Below, one piece after another: positions 1 through 14,100 of a stretch of DNA of 64,000 nt. The position numbers and the translations under genes are program-made. Each line of letters begins with the position of its first letter. Within the stretch, counting starts at the first letter, position 1. This DNA comes from Eledone cirrhosa (lineage: Eukaryota): contig OZ024740.1 in assembly GCA_964016885.1 (NCBI GenBank), positions 41,416,001 to 41,480,000 of the forward strand. Reading direction: 5' to 3'. The notes under the pieces are model-generated. The model made no database searches, was not told the origin of the DNA, and was given only the letters and a program-made list of their open reading frames with translations.

Positions 1-169
1 CTACAATTACATTTCAATTTATTATTATTATAATTTATATTAACACTATTATTACTTCGAAATGTTCTATTGATAGTGCTTATATTGCTGTTAATGTTAT
101 TCATAGTATTAATATTGTTAGTGTTATTATATTCATTATTGTTATAAGTATGCGGATTCTGGTTTAGAA

Positions 170-1345
170 TTCTACTATTTAATTTAGCGATGTTTTGGGC
201 CATATTTATAGTTGCAGAATAAGAAAGCTTAATTGTGTGTCTATTAAATATGAAACGGTATTTATGTTGAATAGGGAAGGAATTATCTAAAGCTTTAAAG
301 AATAGATTAGCGAGTGGTGTTTTTATTGCTACAGGAACAGGGCGGGGGGGGGGGGACAAACCATATAACTGATTTAGTTCTGTTTTTTTTCCCTCCCCCG
401 ATTTATTCACAGTATAGGTGTTTCAATTATAATTTTTAGAATTTCGTTTATACATGTCAGTCATATTATTATTTTTATCAGAATTAAGATTCAAATTATT
501 ATTGCCTATATATTCTATATTATTTTTATAGCCTGCCTTTCTTAGCGCATCATTGCTTTTTCATCAAATATGGATTTATTAGCAGATATTCTAGTAATGC
601 ATTTCTGTACACTATTGACAATTGCATTTTTCACAGATTTAGGATGATTAGAGTAATAACTAACGTAATTTAAGTTTTCATTGGGCTTATGGAAAGGGTA
701 ATAAAAACCAGAGTTTAAGTTAAGGGTAACATCAAGGAAATTAACTATTTTAGTACCACTTTCAACCTCTAATTTAAGGTCGTAATTTTTAAAGATCTCA
801 ATTATATTTTTCTTAACCCTATTTAGTTCTGTATTGTTGTGTTTGACAACCGTAAATAAAATATCGTCCCTCTATAAACCACCGGTAATCTCCGGCAGTT
901 TTCTATTTACCATATTTAAGATGAAAATCCCCAGAAGATCCGTGACTTGAGCTGAGTCCGATGATCCCATGGTAATGTCAAAGTTTCTATTTCTATCCGA
1001 GCGGGTCCAATACTCATTGTTGAAATTAATTAGAGTTCTTCTAGCAGTTAATATGATATCGATTTCATCCGTAGTTAGATCTGTATGCTTGTAAGCGTAG
1101 GATAAAGCCTCATTTAATAGGTTAGGTGTAATGGAAGAGTAATAGCTTGCTATGTCCATTTGGATGAATTTGTGGTTTTTCTTATCATCTATATTTTTAA
1201 ACCAATCAATCACTTCATTGGTGTCCTTCCACAAGCTCAATTTAGACCTCAATTTCAGAATAGGTAGAATTCTATCAATAATATGGAAAACCATACTGTT
1301 GAGTGCTTCCAATCTATTGTAAAACTCATTTTTTGATTTATTCAT
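170..1345 (-). mobile_element. Degraded Penelope-like element (Naiad-type) reverse transcriptase, thumb and linker fragment
   Basis: ORF 872-1345 has FIQMDIASYYSSI and DITMGSSDSAQVTDLLG. It continues through a stop as GGL*RDD (the GLYRDD motif), then VNFLDVTLNL, PFHKPN and SNHP, all typical of PLE RT. Left boundary is approximate. Confidence 0.8.
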
Positions 1346-1516
1346 TGAACCTTGTTTAACCTTTAAATATATATATATACAATATATAAATAAATGGAAA
1401 CTATATTTATAAAACCATAATATATTGTGTATTTACTCCACTAATTTGTTGAGTGCTTTATATCAGTTATAAACATTTTTAAGCTTGTTGAATCCCCACA
1501 AATTAAATATAACCTC

Positions 1517-1550
<34 letters not shown>

Positions 1551-1908
1551 AATAAGGGCGCTGCGGAGTTGCAAATGGGTTACATATGAAAAAAGTTTGT
1601 CCTTCATCAGTGATCTTCCAACCATAATAGGCATTTCATCGCTTTAAAGACCATATACCTCCGGTTGGTGCGAGCAACGGCTAAAAAAAGTCGTTGGGAC
1701 ACGTAAATAAAGGGGACGCGAGGGTAAACAAACAAAATGGTGAAGCAACAGTAAGTGAGGAAGAAAGAGACAAGTCCCAGATTTCTATGAATTTAAATTC
1801 GGTGAAATCGTGAACGAGAGAATAAAGACCATCAAACCTGGTTGAAATGTGAGCAAGGAAGGAATTTCGCACAGGTCTAACGGGAGGAAGAAGGGGTCTG
1901 GTCTGCGA

Positions 1909-1941
<33 letters not shown>

Positions 1942-1945
1942 CATA

Positions 1946-2700
1946 CAGGGTGCGGACGATATTTATTCGCGAGATTACTATCTAGGAAAAAATAACACAG
2001 TAGTTTTATTTTAAGATATATTTATCAAACTTGGGTCAGTTTGTCTTCATGACTTGTTCTTTCGATCTCACTCGATAAACCCGCCATTGGATTTGATGAC
2101 AGCCTCAAGGCGGCCTAGGAACCGGCTACAGGCATTCGTCACTGTCCCCCTACTTAGGCCCCTAAAGGCACTTGTGATCCTGGCCTTCAGATCGTCTTTT
2201 GTAATGCAGCTAGATCTGTTGGTGTCGCGTTCCACTGAGCCCCACACAAAGAAGTCGAGGGGGTTGCAGTCAGGCGAGCTGGGAGGCCATATGTCAGGTG
2301 AAGTGTGCTCGACGAAGTTCTCTGATAGCCAGGCTTGGGTCTTTCGGCTGGTATGGCAGGGCACTGAGTCTTGCTGCCACATGTACGGCCTACCTGCAGC
2401 TACCTGGTCGATCCAGGGCTTTACTACCTCGCTCAGAACGCGGATGTAACCATTGATGTTCAGCTGGAGGCTCTCAGGGAAGAAGTGAGGGGGGATGACG
2501 TCACCTTGACTGCTGACGACACCTAAGACCAATGTTGTCGCTGGAAACTTTGTCTGCATGACTCTGGGCACGTCTTTGGATGAGACAGCAAGCTACCTGT
2601 TGTTCTGGGAGTTGATCTTCTGGTTTTGGCAGAAGTTTTTCTCGTCGGAGAAAAACCACAGCATGTCTGGCTCTAGTGGGTGTTTCAACTTGTTGATCAG
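1946..2700 (-). mobile_element. Tc1/mariner DD37D (maT-type) transposon, 3' half with terminal inverted repeat
   Basis: WFFSDEKNF near 2630-2660. QQD...WPPSSPDCNPLD has 37 residues between the 2nd and 3rd Asp. The terminus TA|CAGGGTGCGGACG is at 1944-1958. Confidence 0.88.
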
Positions 2701-3937
2701 CTTATATATGTATATATATATAGAAATTGTATAATTGGATAAATGGAAGATTAATTAATTTATTAACATAAAAGAGCTATATAACCTATATGCTGAGTGC
2801 AATGAATTATGTACAAGTGATGTGTGAGTTATACATACATGTATGACTTGATGGTCAGGTTAGTGTCATTGTAAGTGAGAATTGATCTCTGGTCTACCCT
2901 AGTGATATTTAACTTTGCCATGCAATCAGACATGCACTGACCCAGAGCTTACCAGGAGTCATATATAGAAGTGATTCTAATAAAACCCTGCCAGGTTCTG
3001 CGGGTAGACTACACTTACAAAGATCATTGATTTGGGGATCTGACTCTTCATGTAGAATATTCAGTTGTGGCACTCTATGATAGAAGGTAATCATCCTAAT
3101 ATGAACACCTTTAGTACTTCTTGATAGACTACACTGTAATTTATAGATAAGATACTTAAATTTAGAAACTGTTTATAACCTTATATAATAGGGACTCTTT
3201 TGAGACACCATTTAATGTACATTAGGATAATACATTTAGTTATAGAAATCAGCTAGTTACCTCCCCTTACGCATTAACTCCCCTTAATCACACACACACT
3301 TCCGGAAAATAATACGATGTCAATTCTCGCAACAAAAACAACCTGCTCTATAGAATGGAATTAGAGAACAACAAGCTGTGGTGTTCTAACATGGTTCATC
3401 AAGCATCCAATGTTGAATAATCGTGGATTGTGTGAGGGACATATAATCTATAAATTGCGTTTCCTGGATTGTGAAAATGGTGGTGTATGCGAGGAGCGTG
3501 GCGTTGTTTTGCTTCTCATTTTTAATATTTTTGATATTTCTCTACACACAGGCTTCTATATCATACATATATAAAAAATACTTTACCAATACAACCCCCA
3601 TAATACTCTTGATTGCCCGCTTAAACTGCTTGTATTACATATAACACCCTGCCGCACTATAATCTTATATAAATAAGACACACGTGCATGCCCCACGTGT
3701 AACTATTGCATACACTAACTACTTCAAACTATCCTCTTGCTTTATCTTCGTAAACTGCCAATGTTGTATTTTAACTTTAATTTTGTCCTTTAATATGACT
3801 TTAATCTTTGTATGTAAATTGCCATGCTATATTATTATAATGGATGTCAACCCACTGTGCATCAATATATACATATGTTTCTATATGTCTCTTGTGTTGG
3901 AAAGGAGGTCAAGTATGTAAAAAATCATTGAAAAATT

Positions 3938-3982
3938 GCTCCGAAGACTCCAAACCTCGGTTTGGAAGAAACAATTGTAAGC
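3938..3982 (+). ncRNA. Minimal type I hammerhead ribozyme-like motif (CCGAAGA core variant)
   Basis: gct-CCGAAGA-c-tccaaac(ctcg)gtttgga-a-GAAA-caattg-TA-agc; stem III is the palindrome ACAATTGT. Confidence 0.6.
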
Positions 3983-4185
3983 GAATAAATGGTTTAAACA
4001 GAACTTTGATTCATGTAATTTCTATATAACTGCTCTGTAGAACAACTGATGTTATTACATTGAGCTATTTATCTTACTGGTAATAAGGTAGTAATAAATT
4101 ACTGTCTTTCACTATTTAGGGTTTAAAATATATATAACTATAAAAGGTTTTAGTATATACATAACCATAAATAGTATCCTTAATA

Positions 4186-4257
<72 letters not shown>

Positions 4258-4462
4258 TTAATTATACTATTTATGGTTATGTAAATACAAAAACCTTTTG
4301 CAGTTATATATATTTTTTTATACAAACCCTAAATAGTGGTAGGCAGTAATATATTACTACCTTATTACCAGTAAGTTAAGTAGCTCAATGTAAAAACATC
4401 AGATGATTTACAGAGCAGTTATATGAAATATAAGAATCAAAGAACTGTTCAAAATATTTTTA

Positions 4463-4509
4463 TGCTTACAACTGTTTCCGCCAAACCGAGGTTTGGATTC
4501 TTCGGAGCA
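4463..4509 (-). ncRNA. Minimal hammerhead-like motif (CCGAAGA variant), copy 2
   Basis: Reverse complement reads tgct-CCGAAGA-atccaaac(ctcg)gtttggcg-GAAA-cagttg-TA-agca. Confidence 0.58.
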
Positions 4510-4804
4510 ATTTATTAATGAATGAACACTTATATGACCTGCTCCTTTTCACCCAAGAGACATACATATACATATGCAAATATTGTTTACAGCATTTAGA
4601 GTGGCAGAATGGAATGTCCTCCATCTCACTCTATTGATAAATGAATTTACACTGTTGATCAGCAATTTCTCATATGTATTCCTGGATGGTATTGGTATGT
4701 TCTTGGTTGACATGGGAGTTGGTCTTTGATTAGCATATTGGTAATATTATATGTCAGCTCAACAATATGGAGAAGGTCATATAAGTGTTCATTCATTAAT
4801 AAAT

Positions 4805-4851
4805 TGCTCCGAAGAACCCAAACCTCGGTTTGGAGGAAACAGTTGTAAGCA
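4805..4851 (+). ncRNA. Minimal hammerhead-like motif (CCGAAGA variant), copy 3
   Basis: tgct-CCGAAGA-acccaaac(ctcg)gtttggag-GAAA-cagttg-TA-agca. Confidence 0.58.
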
Positions 4852-5329
4852 TAAAAATGTTTTGAACAGTTCTTTGATTCTTATATTTCATATAACTGCT
4901 CTGTAAATCATCTGATGTTTTTACATTGAGCTACTTAACTTACTGGTAATAAGGTAGTAATATATTACTGCCTACCACTATTTAGGGTTTGTATAAAAAA
5001 ATATATATAACTGCAAAAGGTTTTTGTATTTACATAACCATAAATAGTATAATTAATACTATTAACTGCTCCATATTGTTGAGCTGACATATAATATTAC
5101 CAATATGCTAATCAAAGACCAACTCCCCATGTCAACCAAGAACATACCAATACCATCCAGGAATACATATGAGAAATTGCTGATCAACAGTGTAAATTCA
5201 TTGATCAATAGAGTGAGATGGAGGACATTCCATTCTGCCACTCTAAATGCTGTAAACAATATTTGCATATGTATCTGTATGTCTCTTGGGTGAAAAGGAG
5301 GTCATATAAGTGTTCATTCATTAATAAAT

Positions 5330-5376
5330 TGCTGCGAAGAATCCAAACCTCGGTTTGGAGGAAACAGTTGTAAGCA
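5330..5376 (+). ncRNA. Hammerhead-like motif copy 4 (core decayed to GCGAAGA)
   Basis: Same stems as copies 1-3 with an additional core substitution. Confidence 0.45.
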
Positions 5377-5407
5377 TAAAAATGTTTTGAACAGTTCTTT
5401 GATTCTT

Positions 5408-6292
<885 letters not shown>

Positions 6293-6634
6293 GAAAAAAG
6301 ATGAAATCGAAAATGCAAGTGTAGTCTTTTTAAGAATATTTATTTGTTTCCTTTACCGGTTTCACAGTTCTTATGCTTTACAAACGTAGAATTGAGATGG
6401 AGGGTTTGTGGTTTTTCTCGCATTTTCGATTTCATCTTTTTTCCTTATACTTTCACTCGTGTAGGACGTCTCGTTTTTTTCATTTTGTAAAAAAACCCAC
6501 ATTTTCTAATATATATATATATAAATATATATATATATATTGAATAAGTAAAAGCGAAGTAGTTTCAGATGTTCAAGTCCTTTAATAATAATGGTGTGAT
6601 ATATATTTCAATGACGACACTGGCCACACTGTTC

Positions 6635-6754
<120 letters not shown>

Positions 6755-6968
6755 TAAATGTGTACATGTATAAATATATTCTAGCAATGGTCTTCGAGGC
6801 CTAGTATTGTAAACGTCAGGAATGAGCAACACGGTCACTAGAAGATCCCGGTAGAGAGATATATACCGCTAGAGGCGAAAACAGCAGGAGGACACCAAGA
6901 AGCAGTGACCTGCATTTACATACTTACACACAAATTCCTTCTGATTGCACGGCTTTCTTTACAAACGG

Positions 6969-7058
<90 letters not shown>

Positions 7059-7220
7059 TACAATATAAAGAAATACACAGATACATGCGAACACATACAT
7101 ATACATGAATATACCCACATATATCTCTGAATTGTGTGGTGCCAACCTTAACCGTTGTTGCTCTATGAATAACTTGGATAAAATAATCCGAATGGATTAG
7201 ATTGATTCAGTATCGGAGCT

Positions 7221-7600
7221 ATATAATACATTATAAAGAAAGAAGAAACATTAGATATAATTAATAAGATATACCATACCTAAATTTCTTCATTACTCCT
7301 GGACTACGTAGTTTCGTGGCTTATTATGCAAAAACACTACATCACAGAGATGCAGTATTTTTGTGAGGTTTGCCGACTTATCAAGCGGATACCTCATTTA
7401 GAGTTTCAAAACACGTCCTTAGGACGCGAAATAGAGTCCCGAAAGGCGGAGGGGGAGTCAATCACGTGATACAGCGGTAAAAAAAAGAGCTAAGCCTCTT
7501 ACAACCAAGAAAAAATACTACGTAGTCGAGGAGTAATGAAGAAATTTGGGTATGGTATATCTTATTAATTATATCTAATGTTTCTTCTTTCTTTATAATG

Positions 7601-7608
<8 letters not shown>
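7221..7608. mobile_element. MITE-like / foldback element with about 92-bp terminal inverted repeats
   Basis: 7221-7312 (atataatacattataaagaaagaagaaac...ggactacgtagt) is the near-perfect reverse complement of 7517-7608, with TA-rich flanks. Confidence 0.75.
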
Positions 7609-7653
<45 letters not shown>

Positions 7654-7981
7654 TATATAATGAAGGAAATGTGGTAAGTAAGCAGGTGGTCCATAACGCA
7701 CTAGAGTACTCGATACTTTGGGTAGTAGAGTGGGTAATAGGAAAAGAGTCAAGACCCCGACGGCAGAGCTCAAGCCGTTTCGATGGCTATTTCTGGACTC
7801 CAGAATATTGTAATAATATGGCCAGAAATAATAACAGAACACACTCAGTGTTTGGGTGGTTTTCGCTTCTGTATCTTTTATATCTCCACAGTTAATTAAT
7901 TCGGTCCTCAATGTTTACCATTGACTGACCAACGGTCAAAAATACAGATATAATATAGATATAAACACATATATATAGTCT

Positions 7982-8023
7982 AACAAAGTTCTTTCGTTGC
8001 ACATCTGCAACATCGTCAGTGTT
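7982..8023 (-). ncRNA. Minimal type I hammerhead ribozyme
   Basis: Reverse complement reads aaca-CTGACGA-t-gttgca(gatg)tgcaac-GAAA-gaac-TT-tgtt. The core is canonical, with a 6-bp stem II and 4-bp stem I. Confidence 0.75.
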
Positions 8024-8327
8024 TCTATTATGTTCCTCCTGTTGTATTGTATATCTACGCCATCTTTATTTTATCTGTTTATTTCATATTAAATAAACAG
8101 ATAAAATAAAGATGGCGTAGATATATATATATATTCATTGAAATTTGGTGGTTCGCCACTGGATAGAACTGGTCATTCTGTATAGTTAACCATGATATAA
8201 TAGTAGTAAAAGCAATCAACGTTATGCAATTCATCATCACCCACCTTTGATCTTTGATGTTGAATGCTGTGGGTGTTGCAGGAATGGAGTTAATTATTAT
8301 TTTCAATTAATTTATTATACACACATA

Positions 8328-8450
<123 letters not shown>

Positions 8451-8519
8451 GTATATATATATATGTGTGTGTATATGTATGTATATATATATATACATAC
8501 ATATACACACTGCTGATTC

Positions 8520-8760
8520 TTTTCAGAATATTGTGGCCCTGTTGATTACAATGCCTGGTTAGACCACTTTGAGAACAACAGATCTTTCCACAGACATGAC
8601 AAATATAATTATCTGGTCTCCGCACCAAACGATCATCGTAGTCGCCAAGCACATGCGAGTTTTGGTGATTAACGAGACCAGCCCTAGAAAATAGTACTCT
8701 TTCACACATACTACATCTAAATTTTGGATTAAAATCTTCTGGAACCTCTGGTTGCTTGAT
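8520..8760 (-). mobile_element. C-terminal C2H2 zinc-finger fragment, probably from an RTE-type LINE
   Basis: CERVLFSRAGLVNHQNSH and CHVCGKICCSQSGLTRH resemble the C-terminal fingers in the other RTE remnants in this window. Confidence 0.55.
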
Positions 8761-8771
8761 GTCTTTTGTAT

Positions 8772-8890
8772 GTTTCTCTTTCTCTTAATTTCGAGTACGT
8801 TTTTGACCGGTCACCTTCCTGGTGGCAAGGTGGTAAAAGAAAAAAAATTGTCATCCTTTGAATCGCAAGAATGCTTTGCAAATTTTGAAT
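8772..8890 (-). mobile_element. Short 3' fragment of the R4/Dong-type element
   Basis: Matches 25749-25870 (FKICKAFLRFKG plus 3' UTR) and is bordered by tatgt / (TATG)n. Confidence 0.8.
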
Positions 8891-8909
8891 GTATGTATGT
8901 ATATATCCG

Positions 8910-9377
8910 AAATAGTCGGGTTGTCGGCGACTAAACCGGCAACCCTACCAAGATTGCGTGGCGATGAAGGTAATTTTGGACACCCTGCAGAATGAAAAAT
9001 AAAATCTGTCATAGGGCCGAGGACATCAGGCGAGTCAATGGCCATTCCATAAAGTATTTTTTTTTGTAGAGTGGGTGACTCCTAGTCTTCATTAAGACAT
9101 CTCTTTAGGAGAAGGTCACTCTAATATAAAACCTGTGACTTCGTTTGCATCCAATGATATCGACCAGTTTTAATTTTTGGTTAAATGTTCAGAAAGTGAG
9201 ATTGGCTCCATGCAGAGCCTTTCCTTACTTAAAAAGCTTCAAGCACAAGCATCGTTGGCTATGTGACATTTTTTGCGATGCATGTTGCTAGCAGGACTAA
9301 AATGCCACGTCTGTGATACTCATGCTTAAGTATCAAGCGATGGCATTATTCGAAATCGAGTTGCAGCCATCATCATT
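8910..9377 (+). mobile_element. Non-autonomous RTE-derived element, subfamily A, with (ATGT)n tail
   Basis: gtcgggttgtcggcgactaaacc head, taggagaaggtcactctaatataaaacc motif, LAGLKCH-like remnant, and end gcagccatcatcat followed by (TATG)n. Confidence 0.6.
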
Positions 9378-9468
9378 ATGTATGTATGTATGTATGTATG
9401 TATGTATGTATGTATGTATGTATGTATGTATGTATGTATGTATGTATGTATGTATGTATGTATGTATG

Positions 9469-10060
9469 TTATCTCTTTCTCTTGATTTCGAGTATATTTT
9501 TTTTGACCGGCCACCTTCCTGGTGGCAAGGTTGTAAAAGAAAAGAAATTGTCATCCCTTGAATCGCAAGAATGTTTTGCAAATTTTGAAGGTGCCAGCTA
9601 TCGCAGCCATTTGTAGACTATGAATTAGGGAGCTGAAATTTTTGTCCGCAAATCCAAGTTCAGTCATACTTTGGTCCAAGCGGGTTGGTATATAACCCGT
9701 AGCTCCAATAATGATGGGTATGAAGCTAAAGGTGTATCTTGGATACTGAATTTGTAAACTCCTCATCAATGGTCCGTAGATGTCCTTCTGTATTTTTCTG
9801 ACAACGTTTACATCAAGTGGGCAGCTGATCTCCACAACAGAACACGTTTTCAATGTGTGGTCCCAAACAACAATATCAGGCCGGTTGTGCTTTAATTTGG
9901 TGGCAGTTATTATTTTCAGGTTCCACCAGTATTCCTTAGTGCCATCTGTCTCAATATATTCTTCCTCGTTTGCTGTTAATTTTGTTTACCGAAGTGCGTT
10001 CCAGATGGTTCTAGCTATCCCATCGTGTCTCATGGGGAGGTAGTAGCGAGATGACATTCA
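9469..10060 (-). mobile_element. 5'-truncated R4/Dong-type element (RLE domain and 3' UTR) inside (TATG)n
   Basis: HNRPDIVVWDHTLKTCSVVEISCPLD; near-identical to 25749-26345; (TATG)n on both sides. Confidence 0.88.
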
Positions 10061-10126
10061 TTATGTATGTATGTATGTATGTATGTATGTATGTATGTAT
10101 GTATGTATGTATGTATGTATGTATGT

Positions 10127-10538
10127 CGGAGTTATCCCAGTTTCCTGAGTTGCCTTCTCCTAGAAGAATGCCCTGAGAAAGGCTAGGGGTCTTTCATTCC
10201 CAGTGGTTTAACCGCGATTGCGCGGTTAAACGACTGGGAGTGAAGGACCCCTAGCCTTTCTCAGGGCATTCTTCTAGGAGAAGGCAACTCTGGAAACTGG
10301 GATAACTCCGATATAAAACCTGCGGCTCAGTAGTTACCGATGATATTGATCTTTTCTTCTTTTCGGGTTACAGCTACTGTCGCTCAGAGAGTGGGATTGG
10401 CTCAGTGCACAGTCTTTCCTCACTTTAAAAAATATCTTCTCGCACAGGCATTGCACGATAGAATTAATTAATAATTATTAATAATGGTATATCGTGCAAT
10501 GGCCATACTCGATAACGAGGGGGCAGCCATCATCATCA
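10127..10538 (+). mobile_element. Non-autonomous RTE-derived element, subfamily B, with fold-back 5' end
   Basis: 10220-10538 is near-identical to 32773-33084. 10126-10215 is an inverted duplicate of about 10221-10311. Confidence 0.7.
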
Positions 10539-10659
10539 TGTATGTATACATACGTGTATGCATGCAAACATACATACACAATCACACATATATTTAGATA
10601 TATGTATATATTTACATTTATATTTTATATTGTTTTAACCTAAGCAAGGATGGAATAAA

Positions 10660-10834
10660 TAATTGTTTCTACTTTTTGCACAAGGCCAGCAATTATTCCA
10701 GTATATTACTGGTACTTTATTTTATCGACCCCGTAAGGATGAAAGGCAAAGTTAACCTCGGCGGGATTTGAACTCAGACTATAAAGGGCCGTACTCTTTG
10801 CTGCAAAGCATGGCGTCCGACTGCCAATCCACCA
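10660..10834 (-). mobile_element. tRNA-headed SINE (MetaSINE-like core)
   Basis: Reverse complement has a ggtggattggcag head, the B-box gagttcaaatcc, and the core gcctttcatccttacggggtcgataaaataaagtacc. Confidence 0.75.
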
Positions 10835-11110
10835 CCAGATGGAATAAATAATGATGACAATGTCTGAAATAAAAAGAAAAGAAACGGAATATGATGACGA
10901 TGTTTATATCAGCGGCAATTGGAAATAATTACAACCACTGCAATTTGGACATTTCAAATTATAATTAAGGTAAATGAACTACCCACACTACAATAATTTA
11001 TGTTTTGCTAAGATGTATTTTCACGATCTGAAATCTGTAAACACATCTCAAGTTATTACAGCCAATACATTGCTTGGTCAAAGAGGAATGACAACTGGAG
11101 CTAGGATAGG

Positions 11111-14100
11111 GTCCTGTTTGCCGCAGATTCTCCACAGACGCAGAGACAGAAACGACCCGAAGCTGCCGGTTACCGGAGCAGACACCTCTTGGATTTTCAC
11201 CAGAGCCCCTTTTGCCGAGTTGCGGCCCTAATACCGCTGGGTGCCAGACCAATCCGCCTTGGGTGGCCCTACCAGGAACCGAAGTTCCCGACGGCATAGC
11301 TCTGACACTACCCGTTGCCACCACCCTGCCACGTTGAGGAGGGGTTGGACTTTAGGACTTTGGACATTTTTTTCCCCTCGTTCGGAATATACTTGCGGGT
11401 TTTTTTTTGAGACCGCTTGTGAATTCACTACTCCCATGACACTTCTTCCATGAATCCTACAAATACGAACTATGAATACGAATTGCCTTCCCGCTACGAA
11501 CGCAATGCAAAGCAACAGCGCACCTACCGCTATGGCTCTACAGACTGCTCCCGCAGTAGTCCTGCTCTTCAGACGAAGGGAGGAATTGAGGGAGGCGTGT
11601 TGGAACGTCCGAAAACTTCATGACGACGGTGTCCAGGCACTTACAATGAAGGCTCTGCACAGGTACTGCGTTAGTGTCGCTTGCCTTTCAGAAATTCGAC
11701 TTCCCGATGTTGGTCATCTTCCGATCAAATTTCCTGGCGAGGACATCACCTACTACTTGTACCATAGTGGCATGACTGACAACAGTGGCCTTCACGGGGT
11801 TGCTGTAGCGTGGCAGCCGATTTCACACCGACTCGCGCTGGTTCGATTGAAGGGTCAAATCTCCAACTTCAGCGTAATTGCCGTCTACGCTCCCACACTC
11901 AATGCAGACGAGGCGGACAAGACGCAGTTCTATGCCGATCTCCAAACAACCGTGGATGGCGTCCCATCCAGTGATGTTCTCATTGTCGCTGGGGACTGGA
12001 ATGCGCGGACGGGGCTGGCTGATGATACAACACGGCATATTCTAGGACGCTTCGCCCTAGGCGTACGCTGTGACAATGGTGAACGGCTCATGTCCTTCGC
12101 GGATGCCAATCGTCTTATCGCCACCAACACCCGGTTCCAACATCCTCGGCGTCACCTCGTCACGTGGCGATCCAATGACGGAAGAACGGCCAATCAGATT
12201 GATTACATCCTGGTCAGATCTCGGTGGGCCAGCTCAGTGATGGACTCGCGTGCGTATCGGGGGGCTGATGCGGGCAGTGAGCATGGGTCAGACCATACTC
12301 TTGTTCGAACAACCCTTCGTCTGCGGCTGCGGGAGAAACCTCCTCCCAAACCGCCAGAAAAGGTTCGATATCTCGCGACTCAAGCTCGATGCTGGAAATG
12401 CTTTCCGGCTAGAGCTGCGAAACAGATTCCAAATGCTGAGTAACGAAGTGGAACAGCAACCGGAGCAGGAGTGGAAAGCGCTCAGAGTGACGACAGTTGA
12501 GGTGGCCAGGGAGTATCTCGGGTCGACCCAAAGACGCCATCGGGACTGGATCTCCGGTGGCACTCTTGAAGTCATGGAGAGGGCGAGAGTGGCCCGACTC
12601 GAGGGTGCACCCAATCTTCGAGATCTCCGACATCGCACATCTCGGGCTATTCGGGCCGATCGGAATGCACACTGGCGCGAGTTTGCGGAGCAGATGAAGA
12701 GGGCAGCAGCCTGTGGTGACTCGCGCAAGCTCTACCAACTGGTGAAGCGGGCCAACCGAAGCAGTACGGGTATCAGCGAGACGATCCGTGATCGGAACGG
12801 GGCGGTCATTACCAAACTTAGTGACCGGCTAGTCCATGGCGGGACCATTTCTCCGAACTGCTCAACCACCCGCCACCACCCACGCCAACTTACGTGCAGC
12901 CTTCCGGAGAAGAATACAGGTGCAGCACTGCCCCTCCAACGGTCGAGGAGGTACGTAGTGTCCTGACACATCTCCGGAACAAGGCGCCGGGCGAGGATGG
13001 CGTTCCAGCTGAGGTCTACAACGCCGAGCCTGATGTCTTCGCAGCTTGGCTCCATCGAGTCTTCTCCTCGGTGTGGGCGACAGAGCGGTTCCATGGTGAC
13101 TGGAGCGAGGCAACTCTCCTACCCTTCTTCAAAAAGGGCGACAGGAAACTGTGTTCCAACTACAGGAGTATCAGTTTAATTGACGTTGCTGCCAAGACCT
13201 CGCAATTCTTTTGCTGAAGAGGTTCCAGGCCATCCGTGATGTCCGTACCCGTCCTTCTCAGGGCGGCTTCCGCCCAGGGAGGGGGTGCGTTGATCAAATC
13301 TTCATTCTCCGGCGTATCCTGGAACAACGGCGGGCACATCAACATCCTACCGTCCTCTGCTTCATCGACTTTGCAGCTGCCTTCGACTCGGTAGATCGGG
13401 AAGCCCTATGGCGTATAATGCAGGCGGACGGCATCCCTGTGAAGCTGCTTCGTCTCATACAAGGCTACTACCGGTCGACTCGGGATCGAGTGGGGGTCTA
13501 TGGTGGGGAGACGTAGTCGTTCGATGTTGGGACCGGTGTTCGACAGGGGCGTGCGCTATCGCTAACTCTCTTTAACTACGTCATTGACTACAATCTCAAC
13601 ACAGCGCTCCGGGATTACCCGGGCGTAGAGTCGGGAGAGGGGTCATGGTGACGGACCTGGCCTACACGGATGACATCGTGCTGATGGGCGCTAACGGAAC
13701 AGATGTACAGGGTGCTCTCGAAAGGGTGCACACTGCAGCCGCCGCTGTTGGTCTACGAATCAATGCCGCCAAGTCGAAGGTCATGACGTCACTGGTCTCG
13801 CCTGATGCCTGGCAGCCAATATCTCTCGAGGGCGTGGACCTGGAGGATGTGGAGTTCTTCCTTTACCTGGGCTCAACAGTGGTTCCAACGGTACAGGGCG
13901 CAGCCGAGGTCAAGCGTCGCATAGATGCTGCCAGATCCGCTTTTGGGTGCCTCCAGCGGTGTCTGTGGGACAGAAGAGAGATCACCTCGGCGACCAAGGG
14001 GCGAATCTACCAAACCGTCGTTTGCACTATCCTCCTCTATGGCTGTGACACATGGCCTATGAGGGTAGTCGATCAACGGGGGCTGGAGGTCTTCGACAAT

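Noticed and set aside
8520-8709. Host C2H2 zinc-finger gene exon
   Set aside because: There is no canonical TGEKP linker, it lies among retroelement fragments, and it resembles the RTE C-terminal fingers seen elsewhere in the window.
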